IMG/VR virus record: IMGVR_UViG_3300045988_082835
Reading direction: 5' to 3' (one strand)
Source: a virus
Length of the DNA stretch: 64,000 nucleotides
Shown here piece by piece: positions 32,499 through 42,326 of this stretch (positions within the stretch are counted from its first letter, which is position 1; each line of letters opens with the position of its first letter). Position numbers and translations under genes: made by a program. Under the pieces are notes generated by a model. That model was not told where the DNA came from, searched no databases, and saw only the letters and a program-made list of their open reading frames with translations.

Positions 32499-33017
32499 AT
32501 GGGATATAATAGATATTTGCGTTTCCCTGTTACTGATTGGGAAACTTTTCAGGAATTGCGGGAAGCCGAGGTTAGTGACATCTATATAGATGGACCACTA
32601 GGGTTTCAAATGGATCTATTAGAGAAATATAAAGGAGATATAAAGATTAGGGTATCACCCACTATTTCTCCTAATGCCTCACTGTCCGCAGAAAGAAAAC
32701 CAACGAGCTTCTTTATTCGCCCAGAAGATCTTAGTCTCTATTCTGCTATTGATGTAATAGATTTTAGTCAACCATCTAAAGATAAAGAAGATACATTATT
32801 CAGTATCTATACTAGAGGTTCTTTTAGTTATGATATAAACCTTCTTATTGATGGGCTACCTTCAAGAAATAATCTATTATTTAAGGAAGAATTTGGAAAA
32901 ACTCGTTTAAACTGTAAACAAAAATGTAATATCCCAGGTCATCATTGTCATTACTGCGACACTTATTTCTCTGTTGCTTCTCGTTTAAACGAATTCGCTC
33001 AACTTAGTAAAAAGTAA
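32499..33017 (+). CDS. hypothetical protein with C-terminal Cys/His cluster
   Basis: ORF track. Confidence 0.45.
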   Translation: MGYNRYLRFPVTDWETFQELREAEVSDIYIDGPLGFQMDLLEKYKGDIKIRVSPTISPNASLSAERKPTSFFIRPEDLSLYSAIDVIDFSQPSKDKEDTLFSIYTRGSFSYDINLLIDGLPSRNNLLFKEEFGKTRLNCKQKCNIPGHHCHYCDTYFSVASRLNEFAQLSKK

Positions 33018-33084
33018 AATTAGATTTTATTATTTTTATATATTATAATATAATTATAAAGATAATAAAAGGAGTGTTTCTAAA

Positions 33085-33798
33085 ATGAAATGGTCAGAAA
33101 TTCTCCCTCAAGACGCGTTAAATTTGAGTGTTCAACTTGAAAATTATGCTTTGGAAGAGCGTTCAAGAGGGAAAGTTTTATTTCCAGAGTAGGATAAAAT
33201 TTTTCGAGCACTTAATCTCACGCGTCCTGAAGATGTAAAAGTTTGTATTGTTGGGCAAGATCCATATCATACCCAAGGCGCAGCTAACGGTTTGGCGTTT
33301 TCTATTTCTGATGGAAGTCCAATTCAACCTTCTTTAAGAAATATTTTTAGCGAGCTTAATAGCGACTTAGGGCTGCCAATCCCGCAGTCAGGAGATTTAA
33401 CGCCCTGGGCTGAACGAGGAGTGTTACTCATTAATGCGAGTCTAACCGTTTATGAACATCAAGCTAATAGTTGCGTTAATTGGGGATGGAATAAGTTTAC
33501 AACAGCAATATTAAAGGCTGCTACCCAGTTACCGCAGCCTATTGTTTTTATGCTATGGGGAGCTAATGCTCAGAATTTATTGAAGGATTTAAATTCTAGT
33601 CCTATGGTATGGGACGGTCCGGGAATAGCAAGAGAGAATTTAATTAAGAAAGCCTATATTTTATCCTCCCATCCAAGTCCCTTTAGTGTAAGTAAGCCAT
33701 GTAAGGGAACTCCCTCGTTTAAAGGTAGTAAACCATTTTCAACAGCGAATAGTTTATTGCTTTCAATGGGAGGAGAACCTATTGACTGGACTCTATAA
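33085..33798 (+). CDS. ung: uracil-DNA glycosylase (family 1), one in-frame TAG
   Basis: GQDPYH...GLAFS and LLINASLTV...SSHPSPFS motifs; N-terminal 68 aa recovered only with TAG=Gln. Confidence 0.7.
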
Positions 33799-33819
33799 GA
33801 TGGGAGATAAAGCATATAG

Positions 33820-35124
33820 ATGATAGATTTAAGAGAATTAAAAAATGATTTTGAATCTATACTTGTTCATTCTCAGGATTACCCCTTTTATTTAAACTCG
33901 GAGAATTTGATTTCTCAATGGTTAGAGGCTAAAAGGGATATAATCAACCTTTTTGGTGGAGAGTTGGTATTAAGGAGTAAAGAACCAGTTAAAATTTTCT
34001 TAACAGAAGAACAGAGAGATAAAAGATTTGAAGAGTTCTTACAGGCTCTTGATGAAAACGGGATTCTAACAGAGGAATTTGAATTATTTTTGCGCGTTAA
34101 TAAAGATGGATTCTTTGATAATAAAGTTATGTTACCTTATCCATCTTTTAATATTCCGTTAGGATCAAAGCTCTCAAAATCTTTCAAAAAGTTTCTTAAT
34201 AGTAATGAGATTGTCAGATGGGCTCAAGATATAGCATCAAGATATATTCAAGAGAATAAAATAGAAGGATATTTATATTTATCTGTTCATCCTATTGATT
34301 TTCTTACTATATCAGAGAATAATGAAAATTGGTGGTCATGTCAATCTTTAGACGGGGATTATAGAAGTGGAAATTTGAGTTATTTAGTAGATAAGACTAC
34401 AATAGTAGCATATCTATCAAATGGGAAACGAGAATATTTAAAATGTTTACCAAAAGGAATGACATGGAATAGCAAAAAATGGAGAATGTTAGTCCATACA
34501 GATGGAGAAAGAAATATCTACTACAATAGACAATATCCATATGAATCTAGAGATTTATTATCTAGTGTCCATAGTATGTTAGTTTCATTAATAAAAAATG
34601 AAATGACTGAACCGATTGACTATGGCTTTAAAGTAATCCAATCTCAATGGAGTAGCGGGATGCTTACATATAATCAGATCAACGCGGGTGGACGCACTTT
34701 TGATGCTAGAGACGTGATTGATACAAGTGACTATCTTGGCTATTCTGATTTAATTATCTCTAGTACATATGCTCCGATTATATCAGTAAATGATGACAAA
34801 TTTCATGAATATGCTGAAAGTATAGACAAGGGTAAAGAAGTTGAGGAAATGTTCTTCAATCACGCTTTTGAAATTAAAATTGGAGAGCGGCCAATCTGTC
34901 CATGCTGTGGAACTGAACATATTAAACGTGAAGATTCATTTCTTTGTGACTATTGTATTTCAGAAAAAGAGGCAGATGAAGATTTCTTTTTGACTTGTGA
35001 TAGTTGTTATCGTAGAATATATGATGAAGATGAAATTTATTGGATGGATGGTAGACCATATTGTAAAAAGTGCCATAATCTAATGCAACAAGAGGATAGA
35101 TTAATCGAGGAGGACGATGAATAA
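33820..35124 (+). CDS. hypothetical 434-aa protein with C-terminal multi-Cys zinc-finger
   Basis: ORF track. Confidence 0.5.
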   Translation: MIDLRELKNDFESILVHSQDYPFYLNSENLISQWLEAKRDIINLFGGELVLRSKEPVKIFLTEEQRDKRFEEFLQALDENGILTEEFELFLRVNKDGFFDNKVMLPYPSFNIPLGSKLSKSFKKFLNSNEIVRWAQDIASRYIQENKIEGYLYLSVHPIDFLTISENNENWWSCQSLDGDYRSGNLSYLVDKTTIVAYLSNGKREYLKCLPKGMTWNSKKWRMLVHTDGERNIYYNRQYPYESRDLLSSVHSMLVSLIKNEMTEPIDYGFKVIQSQWSSGMLTYNQINAGGRTFDARDVIDTSDYLGYSDLIISSTYAPIISVNDDKFHEYAESIDKGKEVEEMFFNHAFEIKIGERPICPCCGTEHIKREDSFLCDYCISEKEADEDFFLTCDSCYRRIYDEDEIYWMDGRPYCKKCHNLMQQEDRLIEEDDE

Positions 35125-35432
35125 TGGCTAAACGTGGAGATGCAGCTCGTCAAAATGTAATGGATACAATTTGCAAGGCTTTTGGAGAAGACTTTGTTGG
35201 AATTCAAGATAAAAAAATCTATGTGTGGGCACAAGATGGCGTAAATGGAGAGAAAATTCAATTTGCGGTTTCTATTACTATGCCAAAGACACCGATTGCG
35301 GGTGGTGGAGATAATGCGCCCTCTACATCAAGCTCAGGAGGGGCACCAGCAACTGAGTTTACTCCTACTGAGTTAGCTCCTGAAGATAAGGCCAAGATCG
35401 AAGAGCTAAAAAGAAAATTAAATATTATTTAA
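35124..35432 (+). CDS. hypothetical protein (Gly/Ala-rich C-terminus)
   Basis: ORF track. Confidence 0.4.
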   Translation: MAKRGDAARQNVMDTICKAFGEDFVGIQDKKIYVWAQDGVNGEKIQFAVSITMPKTPIAGGGDNAPSTSSSGGAPATEFTPTELAPEDKAKIEELKRKLNII

Positions 35433-35508
35433 CTGGTCACTTTTGATTATATCTGTTTTAATAATTTTTATATTTATTGAAACGATATATGATAAAGGAG
35501 AGAATTTT

Positions 35509-36456
35509 ATGGCACCATTAAAAGATTTAACGGGATAGCGTTTTGGAAAATTGTTGGTTATTAAAAGAGTAGAGAACACTAAAGCTAATAAAGCATAGTG
35601 GCTTTGTAAATGCGACTGCGGAAATGAAGTTATAACTATAACAAATTAGTTGACAAGTGGAGCAAAAACTTCTTGTCCAAAATGTTCTAGGACTTTATAC
35701 AGGAAAGATTTAACTGGACAAAAATTTGGAAGATTAACTGTATTAGGTTATGACTAGGAATATACAGACTCGTGGAAACAAACGCATACTGGGACTGCCG
35801 TATTTTGGAAATGCTAGTGTGATTGTGGAAATATAACCTATGCAAAAACCGCAGAATTAAATAACGGAGCTAAAAAATCTTGCGGATGTCTACAAAAAGA
35901 AATATCAGGCTAGATTATGAAAGAAATAGTTTAGCCTATAGGAGTTGAAACGCGCTTAGCTCAAGGGGATCTTACTGGATAGCGTTTTGGTAGATTAACT
36001 GCTCTAAAACGATCAGAAGATGATCACAGATATTGGATTTGTAAATGTGACTGTGGTAATATAAAAACAGTATCCCGTAGTGCTCTGATGAATCATGATA
36101 CGCAGAGTTGCGGATGTATTGGAAATTCTCGCGGAGAGACTAAGATAGCAGAAATTTTAACTTAGTATGATATACCTTTTATAAGAGAATATAAATTTAA
36201 AGATTTAAAAGATAAATCTTATTTAAGATATGATTTTGCTATTTTCAAAAATGAAAGACTTATAGGGTTAATTGAATATGACGGTAGGCAACATTTTGAT
36301 ACAAGTAGTTAGTGGTATAGTGAGGATAACTTAAAAAGAGATTCTTTAAAAACTGAGTATGCTAAAGAGCATAATATACCTTTGTTAAGAATCGCCTATA
36401 CAGATTACGAAAAAATTCAAGAAATTATTGAAAGATTTTTGGGTATGGGTAATTAA
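35509..36456 (+). CDS. homing-endonuclease-like protein: repeated LTGQRFGxL...CxCxCGN Zn-finger DNA-binding modules plus C-terminal Vsr/DUF559-like PD-(D/E)XK nuclease; about 10 in-frame TAG
   Basis: repeats read GQRFG, KAQWLC and TNQLTSG only with TAG=Gln; C-terminus LRYDFAIFKNERLIGLIEYDGRQHF. Confidence 0.6.
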
Positions 36457-36480
36457 ATTATTCAGTATAAAGTTTAATAA

Positions 36481-36545
36481 TAGTACACTTCCCTCACTAA
36501 AGAGAGGCGTAAAGAAAAGACTTTAGATTTTACGCCTCTCTTGAA
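36481..36545 (+). terminator. rho-independent terminator after the homing-endonuclease gene
   Basis: AGAGAGGCGTAAA..TTTACGCCTCTCT hairpin + T. Confidence 0.5.
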
Positions 36546-36603
36546 AATTAAAAAAAATTATTATATAATATATATAGAAAGTTAAGGAAAGGAAGTTCTG
36601 AGT
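36541..36603 (+). promoter_or_regulatory. middle/late promoter family member TTGAAA-17-TATAAT plus conserved start and 5'UTR ATATATAGAAAGTTAAGGAAAGGAAGTT
   Basis: same motif at 42473, 46468, 53731, 54447, 30330, 31058, 37831, 27625, 29785, 57600, 60385 and 63160. Confidence 0.55.
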
Positions 36604-37494
36604 TTGAAGATTTATCTCGACCTGGAAGCTAATTGCACCACCAATGAAGCAATTTCTATTGGTATGGTAACAGAGAATGGAGATACATTTTATAGTCTCA
36701 TTCGTCCGCATACGAAACTTGACCATAATATAAAGGTTTTGACAGGAGTTTCTCAGGAAGATGCAGACCAGGCTCCTAGTCTTGAAGAAGCAATGTTAGG
36801 AGTTAGAGAGTTCCTTTCCTTTCTTGATGAAGAAAATACTTTCTATCACTACGGCAAGAGTGATAGGGATTTTCTTAGAGCTTCTATGGGCTTTACGACT
36901 GATATGAAAGCTCTTACTACTCTGCAATACATTCACAATAGATGTGAAAATGTTGACAAAAGGGTGGCGTCTCATTTTCGCAGGGATGCGATTGGTCTTA
37001 GGTCTGCGTATCTGACCATGAAACTTTCTTCTGAGGATCCAATTCAGAATCATAATGCTTTAGAAGATGCCTGGATGTTGAAATACGTTTGGGAAAATAT
37101 TGATGGATACACTCTTCCTGATGGGATTGAGCCGGTAAAAGTACCTAAGGTCAAGATGTCTTATGGTAAAAGCAAGGCTAATCCTGCAAGCCCGGAAGAG
37201 CTGATGAATCGCAGACTGACGGCGAAACAGCCGCGTTCCCGCAGAAATGAAGCGATTAGGAATTGTCCTGCTATTGATGACGATAAGTATAAGATTGCGG
37301 GAGTGGCGATTAAGGGTGAGCGTGAAATTCCCTTTAAAGAGATTTATGAAGTAAAAGGGTTCGTTCATACGGGCAGATTTAAAACTGCGGCCCAGGTTCT
37401 TCATGCTCTTGATGTTATTTACGCGGCCATGGAGACCGGTAAAGGTAATCCAGATACCAAAGGCTGGATTTTTAAGAAAGTTGAAAAACAATAA
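36604..37494 (+). CDS. DEDDh 3'-5' exonuclease (DnaQ-like), TTG start
   Basis: IYLDLEANCTT, YHYGKSDRDFL and HNALEDAWMLKYVW motifs. Confidence 0.6.
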   Translation: MKIYLDLEANCTTNEAISIGMVTENGDTFYSLIRPHTKLDHNIKVLTGVSQEDADQAPSLEEAMLGVREFLSFLDEENTFYHYGKSDRDFLRASMGFTTDMKALTTLQYIHNRCENVDKRVASHFRRDAIGLRSAYLTMKLSSEDPIQNHNALEDAWMLKYVWENIDGYTLPDGIEPVKVPKVKMSYGKSKANPASPEELMNRRLTAKQPRSRRNEAIRNCPAIDDDKYKIAGVAIKGEREIPFKEIYEVKGFVHTGRFKTAAQVLHALDVIYAAMETGKGNPDTKGWIFKKVEKQ

Positions 37495-37509
37495 AAAATA
37501 TTGTATAAT
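37481..37509 (+). promoter_or_regulatory. tRNA-operon promoter TTGAAAAACAATAAAAAATATTGTATAAT; identical copies at 38086..38114 and 39935..39963
   Basis: 29-bp exact repeat; TTGAAA-17-TGTATAAT; overlaps ..EKQ* stops of upstream ORFs. Confidence 0.55.
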
Positions 37510-37580
37510 ATTTATGTGAGTTGTTCTGTTGCAGCAGAACTTATAAGCCGCAAGTGAGGGCTTTATACTCACTTTTATAT

Positions 37581-37675
37581 CCCGCGGTAGCTCAACGGTA
37601 GAGCAGCCGGCTTATACCCGGTATTAGCGCCAGATTAGCGTGAGGTTTGGGGTTCGAATCCCTGGCGCGGGACCA
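37581..37675 (+). tRNA. atypical 95-nt tRNA: standard acceptor, D- and T-arms, anticodon loop CTTATAC (UAU), 25-nt unpaired extra region
   Basis: cccgcgg..ccgcggg acceptor, gctc/gagc D-stem, ttcgaat T-loop, ACCA 3' end. Confidence 0.4.
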
Positions 37676-37737
37676 TAGGCGTAACGCTGCACGCCCTCGA
37701 AAGAGGTATCACAGAAGGCACATACAGCAAAGTTATT

Positions 37738-37811
37738 TTCCGAATAGTCTAATGGTTGGACATTTTAATTGAAATAAAAAGTTATGGGTTCGAATCCCAT
37801 TTTGGAAGCCA
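37738..37811 (+). tRNA. class-I (short variable loop) tRNA with anticodon UGA (Ser UCA family); U1:A72, G73, G10
   Basis: clean cloverleaf; anticodon stem ttttа/taaaa, loop ATTGAAA. Confidence 0.55.
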
Positions 37812-37889
37812 TCTAGTGCCTTGAAATTATTTGAAAAACTTTTATAAATATGATATAATATTTATAGAAAGTGAGAGAGGAAGTTGTTT

Positions 37890-38099
37890 ATGGATAAGAA
37901 ATTATACCTCGCGCAACTTGCCGCTAAGGCCATGTCCTGTTACAGCGATGAAGATGTAGTTTGTGATAGCCTTTGGCTTATGAATGGCGGCATTGGTGGG
38001 CCAGAGGAACAGTGGGAAAACTTTCTCAAGGTTTTTAAGGATACCTTTGGTATTTCCTATGATGAAGCTAAACAACTGAATCTTTTTGAAAAACAATAA
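37890..38099 (+). CDS. hypothetical small protein
   Basis: ORF track 37884..38099; ends ..EKQ* inside the next promoter. Confidence 0.45.
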   Translation: MDKKLYLAQLAAKAMSCYSDEDVVCDSLWLMNGGIGGPEEQWENFLKVFKDTFGISYDEAKQLNLFEKQ

Positions 38100-38289
38100 A
38101 AAATATGTTATAATATTTATATAAGGCAGATACAGCAAATTATTTACAAATAAAACGCTTATTTTGGTTTAAGAAAGTTTATTTATTCTGCCTTGAGCTT
38201 GGGTCGGTAGCTCAGAAAAATTTTTGGGTAAAGTGAGCTAAAGATAATTCACTAATTCTTATATATTATATAAAGGAGAGTGAATTGTT

Positions 38290-38811
38290 ATGCCGACAGC
38301 GTTGGATTTAACTGGACAAAAATTTGGAGCATTAACAGCAGTTTCAAAAGCTCCAAGTAGAAGTGGTAAAACATATTGGCTATGTAGATGTGAATGTGGG
38401 AACGAGAAAGAAGTTTAGACAGGTCATTTAACTTCTGGAGCTATTTAGAGCTGCGGATGTAAGTAGCATTTAAAGAAAAATAGTGGAAAAAATGTAGTTA
38501 ATTTTAGAAAACGAATTAAGCTAGCATTGGTGGAAGGTTTTTCTCATAAATGCTCTTACTGCGGATTGCGGGATGCACCTCAGTTATACGACTTTCATCA
38601 CGTTGACCCATCTACAAAAAGTTTTGGTATCGCAAATTCTTCTACTACAAGAAGTAAATAGGCTTATGCAGATGAAGCAAAAAAGTGTATAATGCTATGT
38701 GCTAATTGTCACAGAAGAATTGAAAATGGTCTAATTTCTTTAGATGATTTTACGCCAATCTTATTTGATGAAGAGAAGTATTTCAAAACTCTTGAGGATT
38801 TGATTTCATAA
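38290..38811 (+). CDS. HNH homing endonuclease with N-terminal LTGQKFG Zn-finger module, TAG-recoded
   Basis: FHHVDP...CANCHRRIE HNH motif; several in-frame TAG. Confidence 0.6.
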
Positions 38812-38821
38812 TCCTCAATAT

Positions 38822-38895
38822 GGATCGCTAGTTCATCGGTAGAACGCAAGGCTGTTAACCTTGATAGCATGGTTCAACTCCATGGCGATCCGCCA
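38822..38895 (+). tRNA. tRNA-Asn(GUU)
   Basis: loop CTGTTAA; acceptor ggatcgc/gcgatcc; CCA encoded. Confidence 0.85.
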
Positions 38896-39021
38896 GAGTC
38901 AAGTTTGTGAGTAGCGTCGTGACTTTAACCCTAAACTCTCAATTCGTCCACTGCGAAGGAAAATAAAAGGCTGGCCCAATAGAGCGACGGGTGGTTCTGA
39001 AACAAATAGTTGCTCTTTTAT

Positions 39022-39098
39022 GTTCTCGTGGCGCAATAGGCAGACGCGCGTGGCTTAGAACCACGATGTTGCGAGTTCGACTCTCGCCGAGAACACCA
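39022..39098 (+). tRNA. class-I tRNA with anticodon UAG (Leu CUA family) and A73
   Basis: anticodon stem cgtgg/ccacg, loop CTTAGAA, 5-nt variable ATGTT, T-arm gcgag-ttcgact-ctcgc. Confidence 0.55.
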
Positions 39099-39196
39099 AA
39101 GAAGAGTCGCGAAAGGATCTGTCCAGAAAAAATTTGTATCACAAGAACTTCCGGTGTAGCTCAGTTTAACCGTCTGGCCGGCTCTTCTATTTATAT

Positions 39197-39283
39197 GCAC
39201 CTGTGGTGGAATTGGCAGACACGACAGCTTGAGGGGCTGTTATTCGAAAGAGTGTGCAGGTTCGAGTCCTGTCAGGTGCACCA
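39197..39283 (+). tRNA. tRNA-Leu(GAG), class II
   Basis: loop TTGAGGG; 15-nt variable arm; A73. Confidence 0.85.
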
Positions 39284-39423
39284 TGGTTTCTACTGATTTT
39301 CCATGACCAATAAGTCAGAAGTGTGATATATGCGAACGACGAGGCGCAAAGCACACGGGGTGCGTACGACCCTTCCTCGCCTTATTTGGTGGCGTAGTTC
39401 AGTAGGCTAGAACGTCGGCCTGT

Positions 39424-39891
39424 CTTGGAGATTAATAGAGAATATCTTTAGAGGGAGGATTGATAGCATTGGAGAAATTAAATCCATCCCAGATTGGAGA
39501 TATTACAGAGCTTAAATGTTAGGCGTATTTAATTGAGAATGGTTGGAATGTTCTTATTCCGATTGGAAATCATCAAAAGTATGATTTAGTGATAGAGAAG
39601 AACGGCAAATTCTATAAAATTCAAGTAAAACACGCTATGCCGGTAGAGGAAACTGGATTTCTTGTTCGTACTAAATATGAAGTGCGAGAAAATGGAAAAG
39701 TTAAAAAAATGACTTATTCTGCTAAAGATGTAGACTATTTTATGACAGAGTTTAATGGAAGGTTTTATATGTTCCCTGTTTTTGGAACAGTAGAGACTAA
39801 GTTTTGGACTGTTGCCACAAGATTATCTACTCAAAAGCAGGCTAAAGATTTTAAAGCTGAAGATATTCTATCCACACTATAATCACTAAGG
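39424..39891 (+). mobile_element. intron-like insertion in tRNA-Asp anticodon loop (possible group I intron)
   Basis: 5' exon ends in U, insert ends ..CTAAGG; carries a homing-endonuclease ORF. Confidence 0.5.
39469..39882 (+). CDS. PD-(D/E)XK homing endonuclease, I-Ssp6803I-like, one in-frame TAG
   Basis: ITELKCQAYLIENGWNVLIPIGNHQKYDLVIEKNGKFYKIQVKHA; TTG start after GAGGGAGG. Confidence 0.55.
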
Positions 39892-40146
39892 CACGCCGAA
39901 GGTCACGGGTTCAAACCCCGTCGTCATCGCCAATTTGAAAAACAATAAAAAATATTGTATAATGTTTATACAAGGTTGAGAAAGAACAAAGTATCGCAAG
40001 TCGTATATAGGCAGCGATAGCGCGCAAGTGAATCAGCAATGCGGTGTCCCCTTTGGGTTGATGCCTGGCACATTGGACTGTAGTAGCCGATAAATTAGAG
40101 CGTAGTTCTCCTTGATTGACACGACCAATCATCTTAACCATAGTAT

Positions 40147-40222
40147 GGGGCATTAGCTCAGTTGGGAGAGCGCCTGCCTTGCAAGCAGGAGGTCACGAGT
40201 TCGACCCTCGTATGTTCCACCA
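40147..40222 (+). tRNA. tRNA-Ala(UGC)
   Basis: G3:U70; loop CTTGCAA. Confidence 0.9.
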
Positions 40223-40432
40223 TAGGTATCTACTAACAATTATACATATGATACCATCTAATGATTACAGGTTTTTATTGATTTCATTGCCATAAAACAA
40301 TAGGGCATTATCTATTTCCGCCCTCAATAGAAATAGGTGGTTTTCAGTGACGCCGCTGTTCACCAACTGGAAGAAAAGTTAGTATCTTAATAAAGTAGAT
40401 GATAGAAGTAAGATACTAAAAGTGCGTAATAT

Positions 40433-40507
40433 GCTCGGTTAGTCAAGCGGTAAAGACGCTGGCCTTTCACGCCAGAAGCACGGGTTCGACTCCCGTACCG
40501 AGTACCA
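40433..40507 (+). tRNA. tRNA-Glu(UUC)
   Basis: loop CTTTCAC; 4-nt variable. Confidence 0.85.
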
Positions 40508-40539
40508 TAAATCAATAGGAAAAGGAGATAAATCTTATT

Positions 40540-40779
40540 ATGAAGAATGTTCACGGGAAGTTCAATTCTTTTGTCGCGCTCGGTCAGGCCTTTGGTATTA
40601 AGTGTGCGGTTGAAGCTGAGAAGGTACATAAGTGCCCTAATTGCGGGAATGAGCTTCGCAAGGTTGGTAACACAAATGTTTATGTTTGTGATTACGGAAC
40701 TCTTGAGGATACAGATTTGAAGGGAACTCCCGTGCAGGTGCTCACAAAGTGTGGCACTATTGAGATTGACAATACTTAA
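40540..40779 (+). CDS. small Zn-ribbon protein
   Basis: ORF track; CPNCGN..VCDYG; RBS AAAGGAG. Confidence 0.45.
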   Translation: MKNVHGKFNSFVALGQAFGIKCAVEAEKVHKCPNCGNELRKVGNTNVYVCDYGTLEDTDLKGTPVQVLTKCGTIEIDNT

Positions 40780-40821
40780 ATAAGTGGAGACCTAAGCAAG
40801 TCGATAAACTGCTTGTTATAT

Positions 40822-40898
40822 GGCGCCTTCCTCTAAATGGCATAGGAAGCCGGAACCTCACTCCGGCAATATGAGTTCGAATCTCATAGGCGTCACCA
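40822..40898 (+). tRNA. tRNA-like gene with poor D-stem and C33 anticodon loop ACCTCAC (CUC?); possible pseudogene
   Basis: good acceptor and T-arm with CCA; D-stem ctct/agga mostly unpaired. Confidence 0.3.
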
Positions 40899-41185
40899 GA
40901 CGTATGGACTCCACGGCTCAACGGAGAAAACGGGTCTTTCTTGTGCGTAGAGTATGGTACGGCAAGAATATAATTATTAATTGGCACGTCCTTGCTTTAT
41001 AAAGTGAAACGGTTCCGGCTGATACATCCAGCGGAGGGGCGCAAGAGTACCGTGACTATTAGAGTTATTTCAAAATGTGAAGTATGTGAGGCGTGGGCCA
41101 GGAGTGGCAATGCAGACCAACTTAGAAGCGTCTAGGCATTGAGTAACAGAAATATATTTTGATTATAGCTCTAATAGTTGTATAT

Positions 41186-41260
41186 CGCAGAGAGGGTGTT
41201 GGTTCCCTGTCGAGTCTCATAAACTCGATTACGTGAGTTCGATTCTCACCTCTGCACCCA
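41186..41260 (+). tRNA. tRNA with CAU anticodon and C1-A72 mismatch (initiator-like or Ile2/Met)
   Basis: loop CTCATAA; lacks the GGG/CCC initiator stem. Confidence 0.65.
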
Positions 41261-41375
41261 TAAAAGACTGACACATTGGGAACCTATTTCTGAGACGCTT
41301 ACGAGCCTCTCAAGTGCGATAATAGGCTGTCAGAAGGGCACTACCATTTTAAATATTCGACAAGGAGGTAATAAA

Positions 41376-41435
41376 ATGATGGATATTGATGATTTCATTT
41401 TCGCAGAAACAGAAGTTATCCCAAGCAATAGGTAA
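41376..41435 (+). CDS. 19-codon ORF (MMDIDDFIFAETEVIPSNR) behind a perfect AAGGAGGT SD
   Basis: SD spacing 7 nt; TAA stop. Confidence 0.25.
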   Translation: MMDIDDFIFAETEVIPSNR

Positions 41436-41509
41436 GATAACTTATATGTTCAATGCGGCCACCGAGAGGTGTTGGTTCCAAGCCCATGAAACGCAGAGGA
41501 AACATATTT

Positions 41510-41601
41510 GGAGGGGTGGCAGAGTGGTTGAATGCAAGGGATTGCTAATCCCTCGGCCATAGAAATGTGACCCGGAGGTTCGAATCCTCTCCCCTTCGCC
41601 A
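41510..41601 (+). tRNA. tRNA-Ser(GCU), class II
   Basis: loop TTGCTAA; long variable arm; G73. Confidence 0.85.
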
Positions 41602-41632
41602 ATCGCCAATCGGGACAGACACTGTTGTATAT

Positions 41633-41830
41633 GCCGGCCGCATATAAACGAGGCGATTTGTGTTAATAGCGAAAACCGACTAAGCTATTCCGTTCGCTTG
41701 CGGCGATAATACAAGCAACTTAATAAGTCCGACAAGTTTGGTGGTACTGCTGCGGACGCCAAGAGGGACAGGGGGCCAAAACCACAAGACAGAGGAATGG
41801 GTTCGATTCCCATGCGGCCGGCGATTAGGC
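41633..41830 (+). ncRNA. tRNA-like structured element: canonical T-arm (atggg-ttcgatt-cccat) next to a 13-bp long-range stem (atgccggccgcat/atgcggccggcat) enclosing about 170 nt; no CCA
   Basis: inverted repeat 41633..41645 with 41815..41827. Confidence 0.25.
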
Positions 41831-41911
41831 TGGCGGTTGGTGTATAGTGTGGAAACGAGCATACTGTCAATCTTCTTTAACCTGGGCCGAGGTTTATATC
41901 GGCTATTATAT

Positions 41912-41987
41912 GCTGGATTAGCTCAATAGGTAGAGCAATCGCCTTGTAAGCGATAGGTTAAGAGTTCGAGTCTCTTATCCAGCTCCA
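41912..41987 (+). tRNA. tRNA-Thr(UGU)
   Basis: loop CTTGTAA. Confidence 0.9.
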
Positions 41988-42180
41988 GCCTCGGCAGAGG
42001 CGTTTAAACGCGGCAATGGAGTGATTCCTCCTACCTGTAAGATATTGTGGCCGCTTTATCAAGCAGTCCGTATGGTAAACCGAGTCGGATAGGGTTGGAT
42101 AGGGCGCAGAGAATTGTACCGCTAATTCCGAGTGCAAAGGCAGGACGCCGATACCTGATATTAAAATCTATTGCCAATAT

Positions 42181-42257
42181 GTTGTGAGTAGCTTAACTGG
42201 TAGAGTCCCTCGTTGTGGCCGAGGTTAGTGCGAGTTCGAATCTCGTCTTACAACCCA
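42181..42257 (+). tRNA. tRNA-His(GUG) with encoded G-1 pairing C73
   Basis: loop TTGTGGC; extra 5' G. Confidence 0.9.
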
Positions 42258-42326
42258 TAGACCTATTCAGCAAATTTTCAATCATATGTTTTTGGGTACA
42301 TAAGAAGATGAAAAGGGGTCTAGTAT

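Larger units (their letters stand above)
39388..39932 (+). tRNA. tRNA-Asp(GUC) split by a 468-nt intervening sequence (exon 1 39388..39423, exon 2 39892..39932)
   Basis: joined exons give a canonical Asp tRNA close to E. coli tRNA-Asp, loop CTGT|CAC; insert follows U35 and ends in G. Confidence 0.65.
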
